DNA of 64,000 bases, from positions 64,097 to 128,096 of the forward strand of contig CAYILR010000003.1 of the NCBI GenBank assembly GCA_964364175.1, read 5' to 3'. Positions within the stretch are counted from its first letter, which is position 1; each line of letters opens with the position of its first letter. The notes under the pieces are model-generated. The model ran no database searches and had not been told where the DNA came from. It saw only the letters and a program-made list of their open reading frames with translations. Shown piece after piece: positions 17,692-27,414 of the stretch. Made by a program: the position numbers and the translations under genes. The DNA is from an uncultured Bacteriovoracaceae bacterium (GTDB lineage: Bacteria; Bdellovibrionota; UBA1018).

Positions 17692-18591
17692 CTACTGAAC
17701 AAACACGACGAAATCAGCAATTTGGCCGTATTTTGCGTCAATCAAGAACTCACGCAGATGATTTTCCAACTCACCCGATTGAAAATCCGAAGCGTCGGCA
17801 ATCTTTACGGTTTTCATGGGTTGATCCGGGGCACGGGCTTTGAGACGAGCCACTGTTCCGTCCTGATAATCCGTATGAAAACTCCCCGCGACCAGGAATT
17901 TGCGAGGATAGGCCGAAAGCCCCAGCATCTGGTAGGCCATCACATCGTCGGTCAAGCATTGAGCATCGAAGTAGCGATCCATTTGGTCTGGGGTAGCATG
18001 GCCACCCATCGCCTCTTCAAATCGCTCACGGTACCCGGCTCCACCCATCCGAAATCCAGGAGGCAAAAGACGTGGATCCAACGCACGTAGGCCAGATCTC
18101 ACCACCGGCGCTTTTTGCTCGCGGGACAGGTTCACCCCGAGAAGCTGGCCGTCATGATCCGCCACGGCCTGAAGAATGGGAATATAGGCAAAATTTTGAT
18201 CCGATCCTTGCGTGAGCCGTAAAAACTCAAACCCACTGATCGAGCCAGCCATGAATCGCGTGAACTCTCGCTCGGTCGTCATCTGGTCGGTATAATTGAG
18301 GAACTCCCAAGCCAGCGTAAACTGCATCCCCGCATTCGCTTTTTCAACCGTATCTGCAACAATCTTCGCCTGCATGTTCTGCACCTTTGGCGTATTATGT
18401 TTTTCCCCCAAAACCACGATTTGCGCCTGAGCAAGCTGCTCGATCAACTGGGGTTGTGTGATTTCTGAGAATCCCGAAGCATCAACTCGAAAAACCCGCC
18501 CGTTCCACGCAGACGCCTCTGCTCGAACCTGCGAACCGCTCACTAACCCACTCAGCAAAAACAAAAACGTAAACTTGAATTGTGTGCCCAT
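17692..18591 (-). CDS. ChaN-family (haem-binding, Tiki/TraB superfamily) secreted protein
   Basis: Start moved to the ATG at 18591 (MGTQFKFTFLFLLSGLVSGSQVRA signal peptide, SD AAGGGAG). The motif ...AQIVVLGEKHNTPKVQNMQAKIV resembles the ChaN/Cofac_haem_bdg signature (vvllGEvHdnp.hH). Confidence 0.7.
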   Translation of the reverse strand: MGTQFKFTFLFLLSGLVSGSQVRAEASAWNGRVFRVDASGFSEITQPQLIEQLAQAQIVVLGEKHNTPKVQNMQAKIVADTVEKANAGMQFTLAWEFLNYTDQMTTEREFTRFMAGSISGFEFLRLTQGSDQNFAYIPILQAVADHDGQLLGVNLSREQKAPVVRSGLRALDPRLLPPGFRMGGAGYRERFEEAMGGHATPDQMDRYFDAQCLTDDVMAYQMLGLSAYPRKFLVAGSFHTDYQDGTVARLKARAPDQPMKTVKIADASDFQSGELENHLREFLIDAKYGQIADFVVFVQ

Positions 18592-18625
18592 CGGTCCTAC
18601 GCTCCCTTGAGGAGAGGGAGTACCC

Positions 18626-19864
18626 ATGTTTGGTCCCATTTTCAAGTACTCGGCCCTGCTTTTGTACCTTTTACCCACCCTCGCTCAAGCGATGGAGTGG
18701 CTCCCAGAATTTCAGAGCCTCGACGAAGCCGAACAGCTGAAATTCGAAACCCCGCACGATCAGAGCACTGAATATCAGGCCGACCTGCTGACTTATCTCA
18801 AACCCAACGAATGGAATTACCTTTGGCTGACCCACGATATCGCGGTCGATCTGAGTTACGGCAGTATTGGCGCCGCTCATTTCATGGCAGATCGCCGGAT
18901 CAAACTTCGAGCCAGCCCCAATTCCATTGTTCAATTCCGCCTGACTTCTTTTGATGAGAGCAATCGGGACCGAGAGTCTGTTCATACCGTGATCGAAAGC
19001 GTTTTTCGCCCGCTGAAATGGAAAGGAATCGGCGTCAGTCTTTATGCCGATCCATCGTTGTACAAACGCAACTTGGATACAGGCATCGCGCTTTTGATCA
19101 ATCCAACTGAACGGCATGAAATTCGGATTTTCAATACTTTCATCGACACCACTCGCTATCGCCGCAGCGACCGCCCCGACTATTTTGCGCTCGACGCGCT
19201 CCCCAACGCACGCGGAATCGTCGGACGAACCTGGAGCGATCCTAGTTCAGGGAAAAAAGACTTCTTAGAGTACGCCATCCGGCGAGAAACTCCGACTCGA
19301 TGGGAATTCCCGCGCGAGCAGTACACCTATCGCTATTGGAAAAATTTCGCGTCACTGTATTTCAACAAATCTCTGAGTGCCAGCGTACAAGCAAGCCTGC
19401 GGGTCCAGTGGGATCGAAAATTCGAGTCCAGAAGTCTCAGGGCTTGGACCACTGAACGGGTTTTTATCACCGCCCGTGAGGATACTTCACTCGACTCAGC
19501 CGATCGCTACCGTGTCAGCGGAGGAGCACAGTTTGCCAATAGAACTTGGAAAACCGAATCGGGAACGGCTGCTACCCGTGCACTGCTGCCCTTCGTGGAG
19601 CTTCAGATCCCGACCTGGGGTGATGGGGTGAAAGAAGATCATTTCCACATAGGTTATGTATTGGCCTGGAGCCGGGCTTGGGGACCTCGCGCCATCCGCG
19701 GAATTTTCTTGCCCGACCCAGAACTAGAAAACCGCCTCAACCTCGCCTACGATCTGCGATTCAACGAAAACTCCACCGTGCGCCTTCAGGTCTCGGTGGA
19801 CCTGGACGAACGCCCTCGGTACTGGTGGGAAGGCGGGAACCTGCAGGCCCAAATGGCGTTTTAG
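18626..19864 (+). CDS. Secreted / outer-membrane beta-barrel-like hypothetical protein (C-terminal Phe)
   Basis: 412 aa. Signal peptide MFGPIFKYSALLLYLLPTLAQA, alternating amphipathic pattern, C-terminal ...LQAQMAF. Divergent from the ChaN-like gene with start codons only 34 bp apart. Confidence 0.7.
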   Translation: MFGPIFKYSALLLYLLPTLAQAMEWLPEFQSLDEAEQLKFETPHDQSTEYQADLLTYLKPNEWNYLWLTHDIAVDLSYGSIGAAHFMADRRIKLRASPNSIVQFRLTSFDESNRDRESVHTVIESVFRPLKWKGIGVSLYADPSLYKRNLDTGIALLINPTERHEIRIFNTFIDTTRYRRSDRPDYFALDALPNARGIVGRTWSDPSSGKKDFLEYAIRRETPTRWEFPREQYTYRYWKNFASLYFNKSLSASVQASLRVQWDRKFESRSLRAWTTERVFITAREDTSLDSADRYRVSGGAQFANRTWKTESGTAATRALLPFVELQIPTWGDGVKEDHFHIGYVLAWSRAWGPRAIRGIFLPDPELENRLNLAYDLRFNENSTVRLQVSVDLDERPRYWWEGGNLQAQMAF

Positions 19865-19893
19865 CGATTACAATCGCTAATTTTCCTTTATTT
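19862..19893 (+). terminator. Rho-independent terminator-like hairpin after the OMP-like gene
   Basis: TAGCGATTACAATCGCTA palindrome followed by ATTTTCCTTTATTT. Confidence 0.45.
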
Positions 19894-19920
19894 AAAAATA
19901 TTCAATGGTATAAATAGGTT

Positions 19921-21258
19921 ATGGATTCGACTTTTGACCTAAATGAGCAAAATCCCTGGTGGAATGCCGACTATTCGATGCAGGAGGACCTTCACCTTCG
20001 TCAAAGCTCTGGACAACCTCACTATTTGCAAAGAACCGAATTTCTAAACCTTCCATTGAGACCGGGAGATTTTCATATCATTCGGGGTCCTCGCCAGGTG
20101 GGCAAAACCACTCTGATCAAGGAGTGGATCTCACGACTCATTCAAAGCAAAAGCAGCTTGCCACAGAACATTCTCTTTTTAAGCTGCGAGGGGATCAGAG
20201 ACTTCACTGAACTACAAAAAACCCTGACCCTCTGGCTCAAGGACAAGCAAGCTACACCTACTTTTATTTTCTTGGATGAGATTTCATTTGTAGAAAAGTG
20301 GCAGCAAGCTGTTTTGCACGCATTCAACTTGGGGTTCCTGGAAAATTCGTGCCTGGTCATCACGGGATCCAACGCAAGAGACCTCAAAGAAAGCTCCGAA
20401 CGATTTCCCGGTCGACGCGGACAAGGAAAAAATTTTTCTTTGTTTCCCATTTCAATTTTGGAATACCCTCGCATTCCTGGGTTCAAAGGAAAGAGTCCAG
20501 AAGAATTATTGGAAATTTACTGGAGCGTGGGAGGTTTCCCTCATGCAATCAAGGATTACATTACGTACGGGGCCGTCACAGATTCAACCTACGAAACCTA
20601 CCGAAACTGGATCATCGGTGATGCTGCACGCTATGCACTGTCCGAGGAATTTTTGAAACAGATTTTGTATCGAATTTCAGAAACACTCACCTCCCGATTG
20701 ACTTGGTCATCACTCATAGAAACCACCACGATCAAAGATCACCAGACAGCACTGCGCTATGTCGAACATCTCTCGGATGCTTTTCTTTGCCACATCCATT
20801 ACTGTTTTGACTTGGATAAAAAAGCGCCCACTTTCACCAAAGCCAGAAAGCTATATTTTATTGATCCTTTGCTCGTAGCCATCGGCTGGGCATGGAAACC
20901 CGCCATTCCAAATATTTATTCATGGTTCAAAAAACAAGTGAATGACCCGGAATTCAAATCTTTGCTCCTGGAAAACGGGATCTGCGGGCTCGCTCACCGG
21001 CAGGGCTTGCAAGCCTATTTTTGGTACTCATCCAAAACACAGCAGGAAGTTGATTTGATCATATATCAAAACCAGAAAATAAATCTTTACGAGATCAAGC
21101 TCAATCCGTCAGAGAGCAAAAAAAAGCGAATACTTAGCTTTCCAGTACAAATGTTGGGAATGGCAGATTTTTTACATGCGAATCAATCAGTTTTAAATAA
21201 AGACTCAATTTTTGACGAATGGAATAATCCTCTTGATTCGGACTATGACAAACTATAA
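19921..21258 (+). CDS. AAA+ ATPase, COG1373 family (AAA_14 + DUF4143)
   Basis: 445 aa. NPWW motif near the N-terminus and Walker A GPRQVGKTTL. Paralog at 26185-27387. Confidence 0.85.
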   Translation: MDSTFDLNEQNPWWNADYSMQEDLHLRQSSGQPHYLQRTEFLNLPLRPGDFHIIRGPRQVGKTTLIKEWISRLIQSKSSLPQNILFLSCEGIRDFTELQKTLTLWLKDKQATPTFIFLDEISFVEKWQQAVLHAFNLGFLENSCLVITGSNARDLKESSERFPGRRGQGKNFSLFPISILEYPRIPGFKGKSPEELLEIYWSVGGFPHAIKDYITYGAVTDSTYETYRNWIIGDAARYALSEEFLKQILYRISETLTSRLTWSSLIETTTIKDHQTALRYVEHLSDAFLCHIHYCFDLDKKAPTFTKARKLYFIDPLLVAIGWAWKPAIPNIYSWFKKQVNDPEFKSLLLENGICGLAHRQGLQAYFWYSSKTQQEVDLIIYQNQKINLYEIKLNPSESKKKRILSFPVQMLGMADFLHANQSVLNKDSIFDEWNNPLDSDYDKL

Positions 21259-22133
21259 TCCCATCGTGAGTTTTTCTGCCCCCGAAACCAAGTTCGCTGA
21301 CGCTTCACCAATTGTCGGGTCGCCAGAAAAATCTCCCCCTCTAAACCGGCCACCCCATCAGCCATGATCCGCCCTTGCGGCCGCTCTCCTCGCAAATACG
21401 CCACGACTTGCGCATAACCCACTGCCTCGAGCGGACGCACGTCCTCGCCCCACTCCCGGATCAAACGCTGAGTTTCCTGCACCAGACCTTGCTCCAGCAT
21501 CTTGCGAGTGCGAGCGCGAATTCGCTTCTCCAACCCCTCACGATCCTTCCAATCCATCACAACCAGCTCAAATCGCGGATCTGGCTCTGGACGCTGCTCG
21601 GCCTCCAGCTGCGACGGAGTTTTTCCACTCAGCTCGTAGATTTCAAGCGCGCGCACCAGGCGATATCGATCCTCGGGCCCGATCTTCTCGGCAGCTCTGG
21701 CGTCCACTTGCTTCAAGAGCGAGAACAATTCCTGATTCATATGCGAGTCGAGTTCTGCTCGGATTTCTGGATTTGTCGGAGGCGCCTCCCAAAGCCCGTA
21801 CAACAACGCCTTCAGATAAAATCCAGTCCCCCCCACAATCATCGGCCAGTGACCTCGCCACTGAATGTCTTGAATTGCTGCTTCTGCCAGTTTGACAAAA
21901 TCCCCAGCCGTAAAATTTTCGTTTGGATTACGAATATCAATCAGATGATGAGGGACTCCACTGCGTTCTTCGAGTGTAGGTTTTGCTGTCCCGATATCCA
22001 TTCCACGATAAACCAGGAGACTATCGGCGTTGATAATTTCAATATCGCCCCGTTCCTTAGCCAACTGAATCGAGCGATCCGTTTTTCCGGTAGCAGTCGG
22101 ACCTGTGAGAATGAGGATTTTTCTAGAATCCAT
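21243..22133 (-). CDS. miaA: tRNA dimethylallyltransferase
   Basis: 296 aa. ILILTGPTATGKT P-loop and a typical MiaA core (...PHHLIDI...GGTGFY...). The 3' end overlaps the convergent ATPase gene by 16 bp. Confidence 0.95.
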   Translation of the reverse strand: MDSRKILILTGPTATGKTDRSIQLAKERGDIEIINADSLLVYRGMDIGTAKPTLEERSGVPHHLIDIRNPNENFTAGDFVKLAEAAIQDIQWRGHWPMIVGGTGFYLKALLYGLWEAPPTNPEIRAELDSHMNQELFSLLKQVDARAAEKIGPEDRYRLVRALEIYELSGKTPSQLEAEQRPEPDPRFELVVMDWKDREGLEKRIRARTRKMLEQGLVQETQRLIREWGEDVRPLEAVGYAQVVAYLRGERPQGRIMADGVAGLEGEIFLATRQLVKRQRTWFRGQKNSRWDYSLS

Positions 22134-22142
22134 CTGGTCCCT

Positions 22143-23066
22143 TTATCCCAGCCATCGCTTCATTTTCCTTTCTCCAAAGAACTGAATCGCAGCGAATTTT
22201 CCCCCCGCACTAAACGGTCGGACATGGTCGATTTGAAGTCTGTGTTTGGAGTCACATCGTCTTTGAGTTGTTGGATCTATGTACTCACACTGACTTTGAG
22301 CTTTTTTGAAGACATGAGATTTAATAGGGACAGGAATGTATCGAGACTCAGAATTAACGCAGCGTTTAGCGGCCGGCCGAAGTTCCGAAACAGAAGCGGT
22401 CTCTTCTTTCTCCTCTTTTTGCATCGGATCTTTTTTCTTTAAGTATTCCTGGAGAGTGAGTTTCAAAATCTCGTTATAACTCGATTGTCCCTTGAGTTCC
22501 TGAAATCGCTTGAGCAACTGCATCGTCTCTTCATCCGCCATCACAGTTAACTGAGTCAAAGTCTCGGTCACGGGTTTTTGGGATTCTTTAGGGAGAGCAA
22601 CACTGGGCGAGAGAGTTGCAAAAAGCTTTTCTACTTCTCGCTTACTCTTGCCCGAAACCTGTTGAACCAGCTCTCGTTTCTGTTCCTGGCTAAAAATCCT
22701 TTTTTCTTCTTTTTGGACTTTTCTCACAAAAGTCTGAACCTGCGCGGCGGTGGTGAGAGACATTTTTCCGGATTCAAACTGTTCTTTGATCTCAGGGAGA
22801 GCTTCCAAAAGCAGCATCGCGCCGATTCTCTCCGAAGTCCCTGACTCAGAATATCCCAACTCCTTCATGCAATACTTCCAAATTCCATCATATCCCTTAA
22901 GTGCATAGACCCTGCGATCCCGCACCACTTGCAGGTGATACAAAAGATTCAGAGTAGCATCTTTCTCGGTTCGTGAGGCAGCTAAAGTTCTCGAATGAAT
23001 TTCTTCAGACGAAAGGCGTTTCAGATTTGAATAGTAATTTATATTTTGTGTGATGGTATTTTCCAT
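22143..23066 (-). CDS. HNH endonuclease domain protein (DUF222-like N-terminal region + C-terminal HNH), possibly C-terminally truncated
   Basis: Start placed at the ATG at 23066 (MENTITQ...) with strong SD GGGGGAGAG. The C-terminal ...CEYIDPTTQRRCDSKHRLQIDHVRPFSAGG is the first half of an HNH motif; the distal N...C..H part is missing before the stop. Confidence 0.7.
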   Translation of the reverse strand: MENTITQNINYYSNLKRLSSEEIHSRTLAASRTEKDATLNLLYHLQVVRDRRVYALKGYDGIWKYCMKELGYSESGTSERIGAMLLLEALPEIKEQFESGKMSLTTAAQVQTFVRKVQKEEKRIFSQEQKRELVQQVSGKSKREVEKLFATLSPSVALPKESQKPVTETLTQLTVMADEETMQLLKRFQELKGQSSYNEILKLTLQEYLKKKDPMQKEEKEETASVSELRPAAKRCVNSESRYIPVPIKSHVFKKAQSQCEYIDPTTQRRCDSKHRLQIDHVRPFSAGGKFAAIQFFGERKMKRWLG

Positions 23067-23201
23067 TACTCTCCCCCTAGAAAAGATGAAAAAATGATTC
23101 AAAACAAATATCACGAATTGACAAAAAATATCTATAAAAAGGTATGTTTTTGAAAAAAAATAAAATCAGATCGTTAGGTTTTCAACAGAGCGAGATGAAC
23201 T

Positions 23202-25091
23202 CTAGACTCTCCTCATAAACCATTCTTCAAATCGAGCCTTTGGAATCCGCACAAACGTCGGTCGACCATGCGGACAGTTCCAGGGATGCCCGCAAGCAAA
23301 GAGCAAATCTACAAGCGCCAAAGCCTTCTCGCGAACCAATCGATCCCCCGCACGCACAGAAGATTTGCAAGCCTCACTCGCCAGCTTTTCAAAAAGCGCT
23401 TCATCAAATCCCAAACCCGCATCGCGCGTCTCAGCCTCAAGCAATCGCTCGACCAAACCCTTGAGCCGCGAAGCAATCTCATCCATCCCCCACTCCGCCG
23501 GAACCGCACGAATCAACAACCGATCCTCACCAAACAACTCCGCCTCAAACCCCAAACTCTCCAACCAAGCCAGCCGAGACTCCAAATCCCCACGCCGTTC
23601 CGCCGCAAACGGAACCACCTCAGGAACCAGAAGAGCCTGCTGATGTTTTTGAGTTTGTCCCATCGCCAACGCACGACGCTTGAGAGTTTCGTAGCGAACA
23701 CGCTCATGCGCCGCATGTTGATCCACCATCCCCAACTCATCGCCCAAATCATACATTAAGTACGTGTTGAAAATCGCACCGATGTACTGAGATGAATCAG
23801 GAGATTGAAATCGCCGTTCTGGAGATTCCCTAGGTATTTCCGGCATAGCAGGTTGAGAAAGTGATTCCGAAGGATCCGTGCACCACGACGGTGCGAACCC
23901 GAAGGGTGCACGCGAGGACAGGATGTCCGTTCCTTCGGAAGCCACTTTCTCAACCTGCCCTGCCGGAAATACTTGCAGAGTCATTCCCCCATCAGCAATT
24001 TTCCACGTACTCCCAAACGCTTGCCGTTCCCCCGCCACAAACGCCGGAGCTCCAACCCGCCCAATCATCCCCTCTAATGTCCCACTCACCGCGCTAAACA
24101 CCCGCCGCGAATCCAAAAACCGAACCTCAGCCTTAGCCGGATGAACGTTGACATCCACCTCACCCGGATCCACCTCCACAAAAATCACAGCCGCCGGAAA
24201 CTGCCCCGGCAACAAAGCTTGTTTAAACGGAGCCAGCATCGCCTGTTGCAACATCCGATCCTTGACCGATCGCCCGTTCACCATCTGCGCCAATCGCCGC
24301 GTCTGCGGAATACTCAATCCCTGCAACCAATACGCGCGCACGCGGATCCCCTGAAATTCATTATTCCGATCCTCAAAAACCACCGGATAATCGCCACCCT
24401 CCCCGAGCACCACACGCACACGATCCGCCTCGGACTGCGGACGCAGATTCAAAATCACACGATCTTCGCTCAGTAATTTAAACCCAACCTGCGAATGCGA
24501 AAGAGCCAAGCGTTCCATCCAATCGCGAACTTGCGAGACTTCTGCCCCAACCGATTTCAAAAATTTCAATCGAGCCGGAACCTGCGAAAACAACCCCTGC
24601 ACCTGAATTCGAGTGCCGTGCTGAGTGCCCAAAAAATGCCCAAAAGTCACAGCCTGCGCACATTCACCCGCGCTCGCAAAAAACTCATTCGCCGAAGAGC
24701 TGCCCTTCGCCCGCGACAAAATCCGCAATTCCGAAACCGCAGCCACACTCGGCAAAGCCTCTCCGCGAAATCCGAGAGTTACCAAACGCTCCAAATCTCC
24801 GAGCTCCCGAATCTTGCTCGTTGCATGGCGAATCACACTCAATTCGACATCAGCCGCGGACATTCCCTCGCCATTATCCAAAACCTCGATCAAACCCTTA
24901 CCGCCGTCTCTCAAAGTCACCTGGATCTCGGTCGCACCCGCATCCAGCGAATTCTCCAAAAGCTCCTTCACCACACTCGCCGGACGCTCGATCACCTCAC
25001 CCGCCGCGATTTTCTCGGCTACGGACGATGGGAGGACCCGAATTCTCTGAGTATTAGTTTCCGCACACATACTCCTGGCATACCTTGGCAA
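23202..25091 (-). CDS. mutL: DNA mismatch repair protein MutL
   Basis: N-terminal GHKL ATPase motifs (VAEKIAAGEVIERPASVVKELLENSLDAG, LGFRGEAL) and a C-terminal dimerisation domain. An alternative start ATG at 25070 is possible. Confidence 0.95.
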   Translation of the reverse strand: MPRYARSMCAETNTQRIRVLPSSVAEKIAAGEVIERPASVVKELLENSLDAGATEIQVTLRDGGKGLIEVLDNGEGMSAADVELSVIRHATSKIRELGDLERLVTLGFRGEALPSVAAVSELRILSRAKGSSSANEFFASAGECAQAVTFGHFLGTQHGTRIQVQGLFSQVPARLKFLKSVGAEVSQVRDWMERLALSHSQVGFKLLSEDRVILNLRPQSEADRVRVVLGEGGDYPVVFEDRNNEFQGIRVRAYWLQGLSIPQTRRLAQMVNGRSVKDRMLQQAMLAPFKQALLPGQFPAAVIFVEVDPGEVDVNVHPAKAEVRFLDSRRVFSAVSGTLEGMIGRVGAPAFVAGERQAFGSTWKIADGGMTLQVFPAGQVEKVASEGTDILSSRAPFGFAPSWCTDPSESLSQPAMPEIPRESPERRFQSPDSSQYIGAIFNTYLMYDLGDELGMVDQHAAHERVRYETLKRRALAMGQTQKHQQALLVPEVVPFAAERRGDLESRLAWLESLGFEAELFGEDRLLIRAVPAEWGMDEIASRLKGLVERLLEAETRDAGLGFDEALFEKLASEACKSSVRAGDRLVREKALALVDLLFACGHPWNCPHGRPTFVRIPKARFEEWFMRRV

Positions 25092-26113
25092 TTTTGGTTA
25101 AAAAAGCCTTAATGATAAAAAAAATCATCAAAAAGATCGCAAAAAAGAAGAAACCCAAACCTTCGACAACCAAGGCAGCCTCAAAGCCAAAAGTAACGCC
25201 AATCAGGCCCATTCCGCTGACACAACAGCTAACTGCACAGGCCAACTCTAAACCGCCCAAAAGAATCACGATCGTCTCCGACGGAACCGGCGAAACCGCC
25301 GCCCAAATGATCAAAGCCGCCATGGTTCAGTTCGAGGAAGCCCCCCAATTCGAGAACCACGAAGTCGTCTACAACCGCTACAAAAACGTCCGAAACGAAG
25401 CTCAGCTCCAAGCTATCGTCGAGGCGGTCGCAGAGGCAAGCGATCTGTTGATTTACACCATCGTTTCGCCTCAGCTTCGAGGCTACCTCGTCAGCCAAGC
25501 CCGCGAAAAACAAATCCCCACCGTGGACCTGCTCGGCCCCCTGATGATGGGGCTCGGCAAGTATCTTGGCTACGAACCCAAAGCCATCGCCGGTCTGCTC
25601 CACGACGTCAACGAGCAGTACTTCGACCGAATCGCAGCCATGGAATACACCATCCAGCACGACGATGGACGAGATATGTCCGAGCTCAATAAGGCAGATT
25701 TAATTATTTTGGGAATTTCCAGAACGTCCAAAACACCGCTCTCCATGTACCTTTCGCACCAGGGCTGGCGCGTCGCGAATATCCCCATGATCACAGGATT
25801 TGAGCTGCCGAAAGAGTTATTCGAAATCGACCAGCGACGAATCGTCTGCCTGACCATTGATGCTCCCAACCTTGCCGAAATTCGACGCAACCGCCTCGAA
25901 CGCCTGGGACAGAACAAAGGCGGCGATTACGCCGATCCCGACAAAGTTCACGAAGAAATCGATTACGCGAACGAAATTTTCCGCAAAAACCGTAAATGGC
26001 CAGTGTTTAATGTCACAGGCAAAGCCCTGGAAGAAACTGCGGCAGAAATCATCAAACTCATGGCCTCCCGCAGGCTGACACCTCACCAGGCGGTGCTTGC
26101 TGTGGTAAAATAG
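25085..26113 (+). CDS. Pyruvate,phosphate dikinase / PEP synthase regulatory protein-like (DUF299 kinase/pyrophosphorylase) with a Lys/Pro-rich N-terminal extension
   Basis: The core ...RITIVSDGTGETAAQMIKAAMVQF matches the PSRP N-terminal signature (VSDGTGETAE), and there is a P-loop-like GISRTSKTP. About 60 aa of K/P-rich leader precede the core. Confidence 0.8.
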   Translation: MAILVKKALMIKKIIKKIAKKKKPKPSTTKAASKPKVTPIRPIPLTQQLTAQANSKPPKRITIVSDGTGETAAQMIKAAMVQFEEAPQFENHEVVYNRYKNVRNEAQLQAIVEAVAEASDLLIYTIVSPQLRGYLVSQAREKQIPTVDLLGPLMMGLGKYLGYEPKAIAGLLHDVNEQYFDRIAAMEYTIQHDDGRDMSELNKADLIILGISRTSKTPLSMYLSHQGWRVANIPMITGFELPKELFEIDQRRIVCLTIDAPNLAEIRRNRLERLGQNKGGDYADPDKVHEEIDYANEIFRKNRKWPVFNVTGKALEETAAEIIKLMASRRLTPHQAVLAVVK

Positions 26114-26122
26114 CCTATAATT

Positions 26123-26168
26123 AGCTTCTCGAAAAACAGAAACATGGATTTCCGTTTTTCGAGAAGCT
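26123..26168 (+). terminator. Perfect 15-bp inverted repeat hairpin (terminator or regulatory stem-loop) between the ppsR-like and ATPase genes
   Basis: AGCTTCTCGAAAAAC-N16-GTTTTTCGAGAAGCT. Confidence 0.5.
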
Positions 26169-26184
26169 ATGATACCGTTAACTT

Positions 26185-27387
26185 ATGGCACACGAGCGAA
26201 ATCGCTACATCAAAGACCGTATTCAAAACGCACTCAGCTTCTCCGGAATTGTGGGGGTTTTAGGTCATCGCCAAGTAGGCAAAACAACACTGCTGGAGCA
26301 ACTCACAAAAAAATACGTAACTTTCGATCAAAAAAAAAATCTCCTTCGTGCAAAAACCGATCCAGAGCAATTTATCCAGGATTTCAAACTGTTTCCGAGT
26401 GCAATTGACGAGGCTCAATATGTACCTGAAATCTTCCCCGCACTCAAAGAGCTAGTGAGAGTCAACAAAAGACCTGGTTTATTTTTGCTATCGGGTTCAG
26501 TTCGCTTCACTAGCAAAAAACTCATCAAAGAGTCCCTCACGGGGAGAATCGTTAATCTAGAATTGCTTCCCTTTTCGATTTCAGAGCTTGAGCAACGCCC
26601 ATTGCCCTCATGGGCAATGGACTGCGCAAAATCTAGATTTACAGATCAATCAATCACTCATGACCAAAACTGGATTCGACTGGCAAAAAAACGATGTGAC
26701 TCTTATTTAGCCACCGGAGGACTTCCAGGCGCTTGTTTTTTAAGAAATTCCGAACATCGTGAAGATCGATTTGAATCTCAGATCGAAACTATTTTAGATC
26801 GAGATCTCAGACAAGTTCTCGATACAAAGATCTCCTACGAACGATTAAGAGAATTACTCCGACATTTGGCTCTTCAACAAGGCAATCCGTTTGAATGGAC
26901 TCATTTGTCTAGAAGTACACGAATTTCAATTCCATCACTCCGAAAACTCATTCCAGCTTTTGAGGCCATATTCCTCATTCGAATCATTCCAACCGAAGGA
27001 ACAGAAAAAAAATCAATCTGTTTTTTGGAGGACCAGGGGGAAGCGGAGCATTTGATCGCAGGAAGCACGCCCGATCATCAGAGATATTTACGAATCCTTT
27101 TTTCAAATTTTAGACATCAGTATCATTATCGTCTTGGCCTCAGCCCTCGTGAATTCCAGTACCGAAATCACGGAGGCGCCTATGTTCCTTTTGCAGTTCA
27201 TCTGAAAACTGGTACGCTAGGATTCGTGATTTTAGAGACCGAAAATCCATCTGAATCTCATCTTGCTAGCGGCAGGAGTTTTCTAAAAAAATACCCGAAC
27301 TCAAAAATTTTTTACGTCCACCCACGTCTCAAGTTCGATCTCATCAGTGAGAATCAGATGATCGCACCCTTGGCAGCTTTTGTTTGA
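26185..27387 (+). CDS. AAA+ ATPase, COG1373 family (AAA_14 + DUF4143), second copy
   Basis: 400 aa. Walker A GHRQVGKTTLLEQL and the same architecture as 19921-21258. Confidence 0.85.
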   Translation: MAHERNRYIKDRIQNALSFSGIVGVLGHRQVGKTTLLEQLTKKYVTFDQKKNLLRAKTDPEQFIQDFKLFPSAIDEAQYVPEIFPALKELVRVNKRPGLFLLSGSVRFTSKKLIKESLTGRIVNLELLPFSISELEQRPLPSWAMDCAKSRFTDQSITHDQNWIRLAKKRCDSYLATGGLPGACFLRNSEHREDRFESQIETILDRDLRQVLDTKISYERLRELLRHLALQQGNPFEWTHLSRSTRISIPSLRKLIPAFEAIFLIRIIPTEGTEKKSICFLEDQGEAEHLIAGSTPDHQRYLRILFSNFRHQYHYRLGLSPREFQYRNHGGAYVPFAVHLKTGTLGFVILETENPSESHLASGRSFLKKYPNSKIFYVHPRLKFDLISENQMIAPLAAFV

Positions 27388-27414
27388 TGCGAAACTAGAC
27401 ATCATCCAACATCT

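Noticed and set aside
21375-22442. 355-aa plus-strand ORF
   Set aside because: Antisense to miaA and the HNH gene; low-complexity translation with no motifs.
23268-25112. Multiple plus-strand ORFs (23268-23759, 24141-24476, 24495-25112, 24625-25050 and others)
   Set aside because: All lie antisense within mutL and are Pro/Arg/Ser-rich; none has support over the conserved MutL frame.
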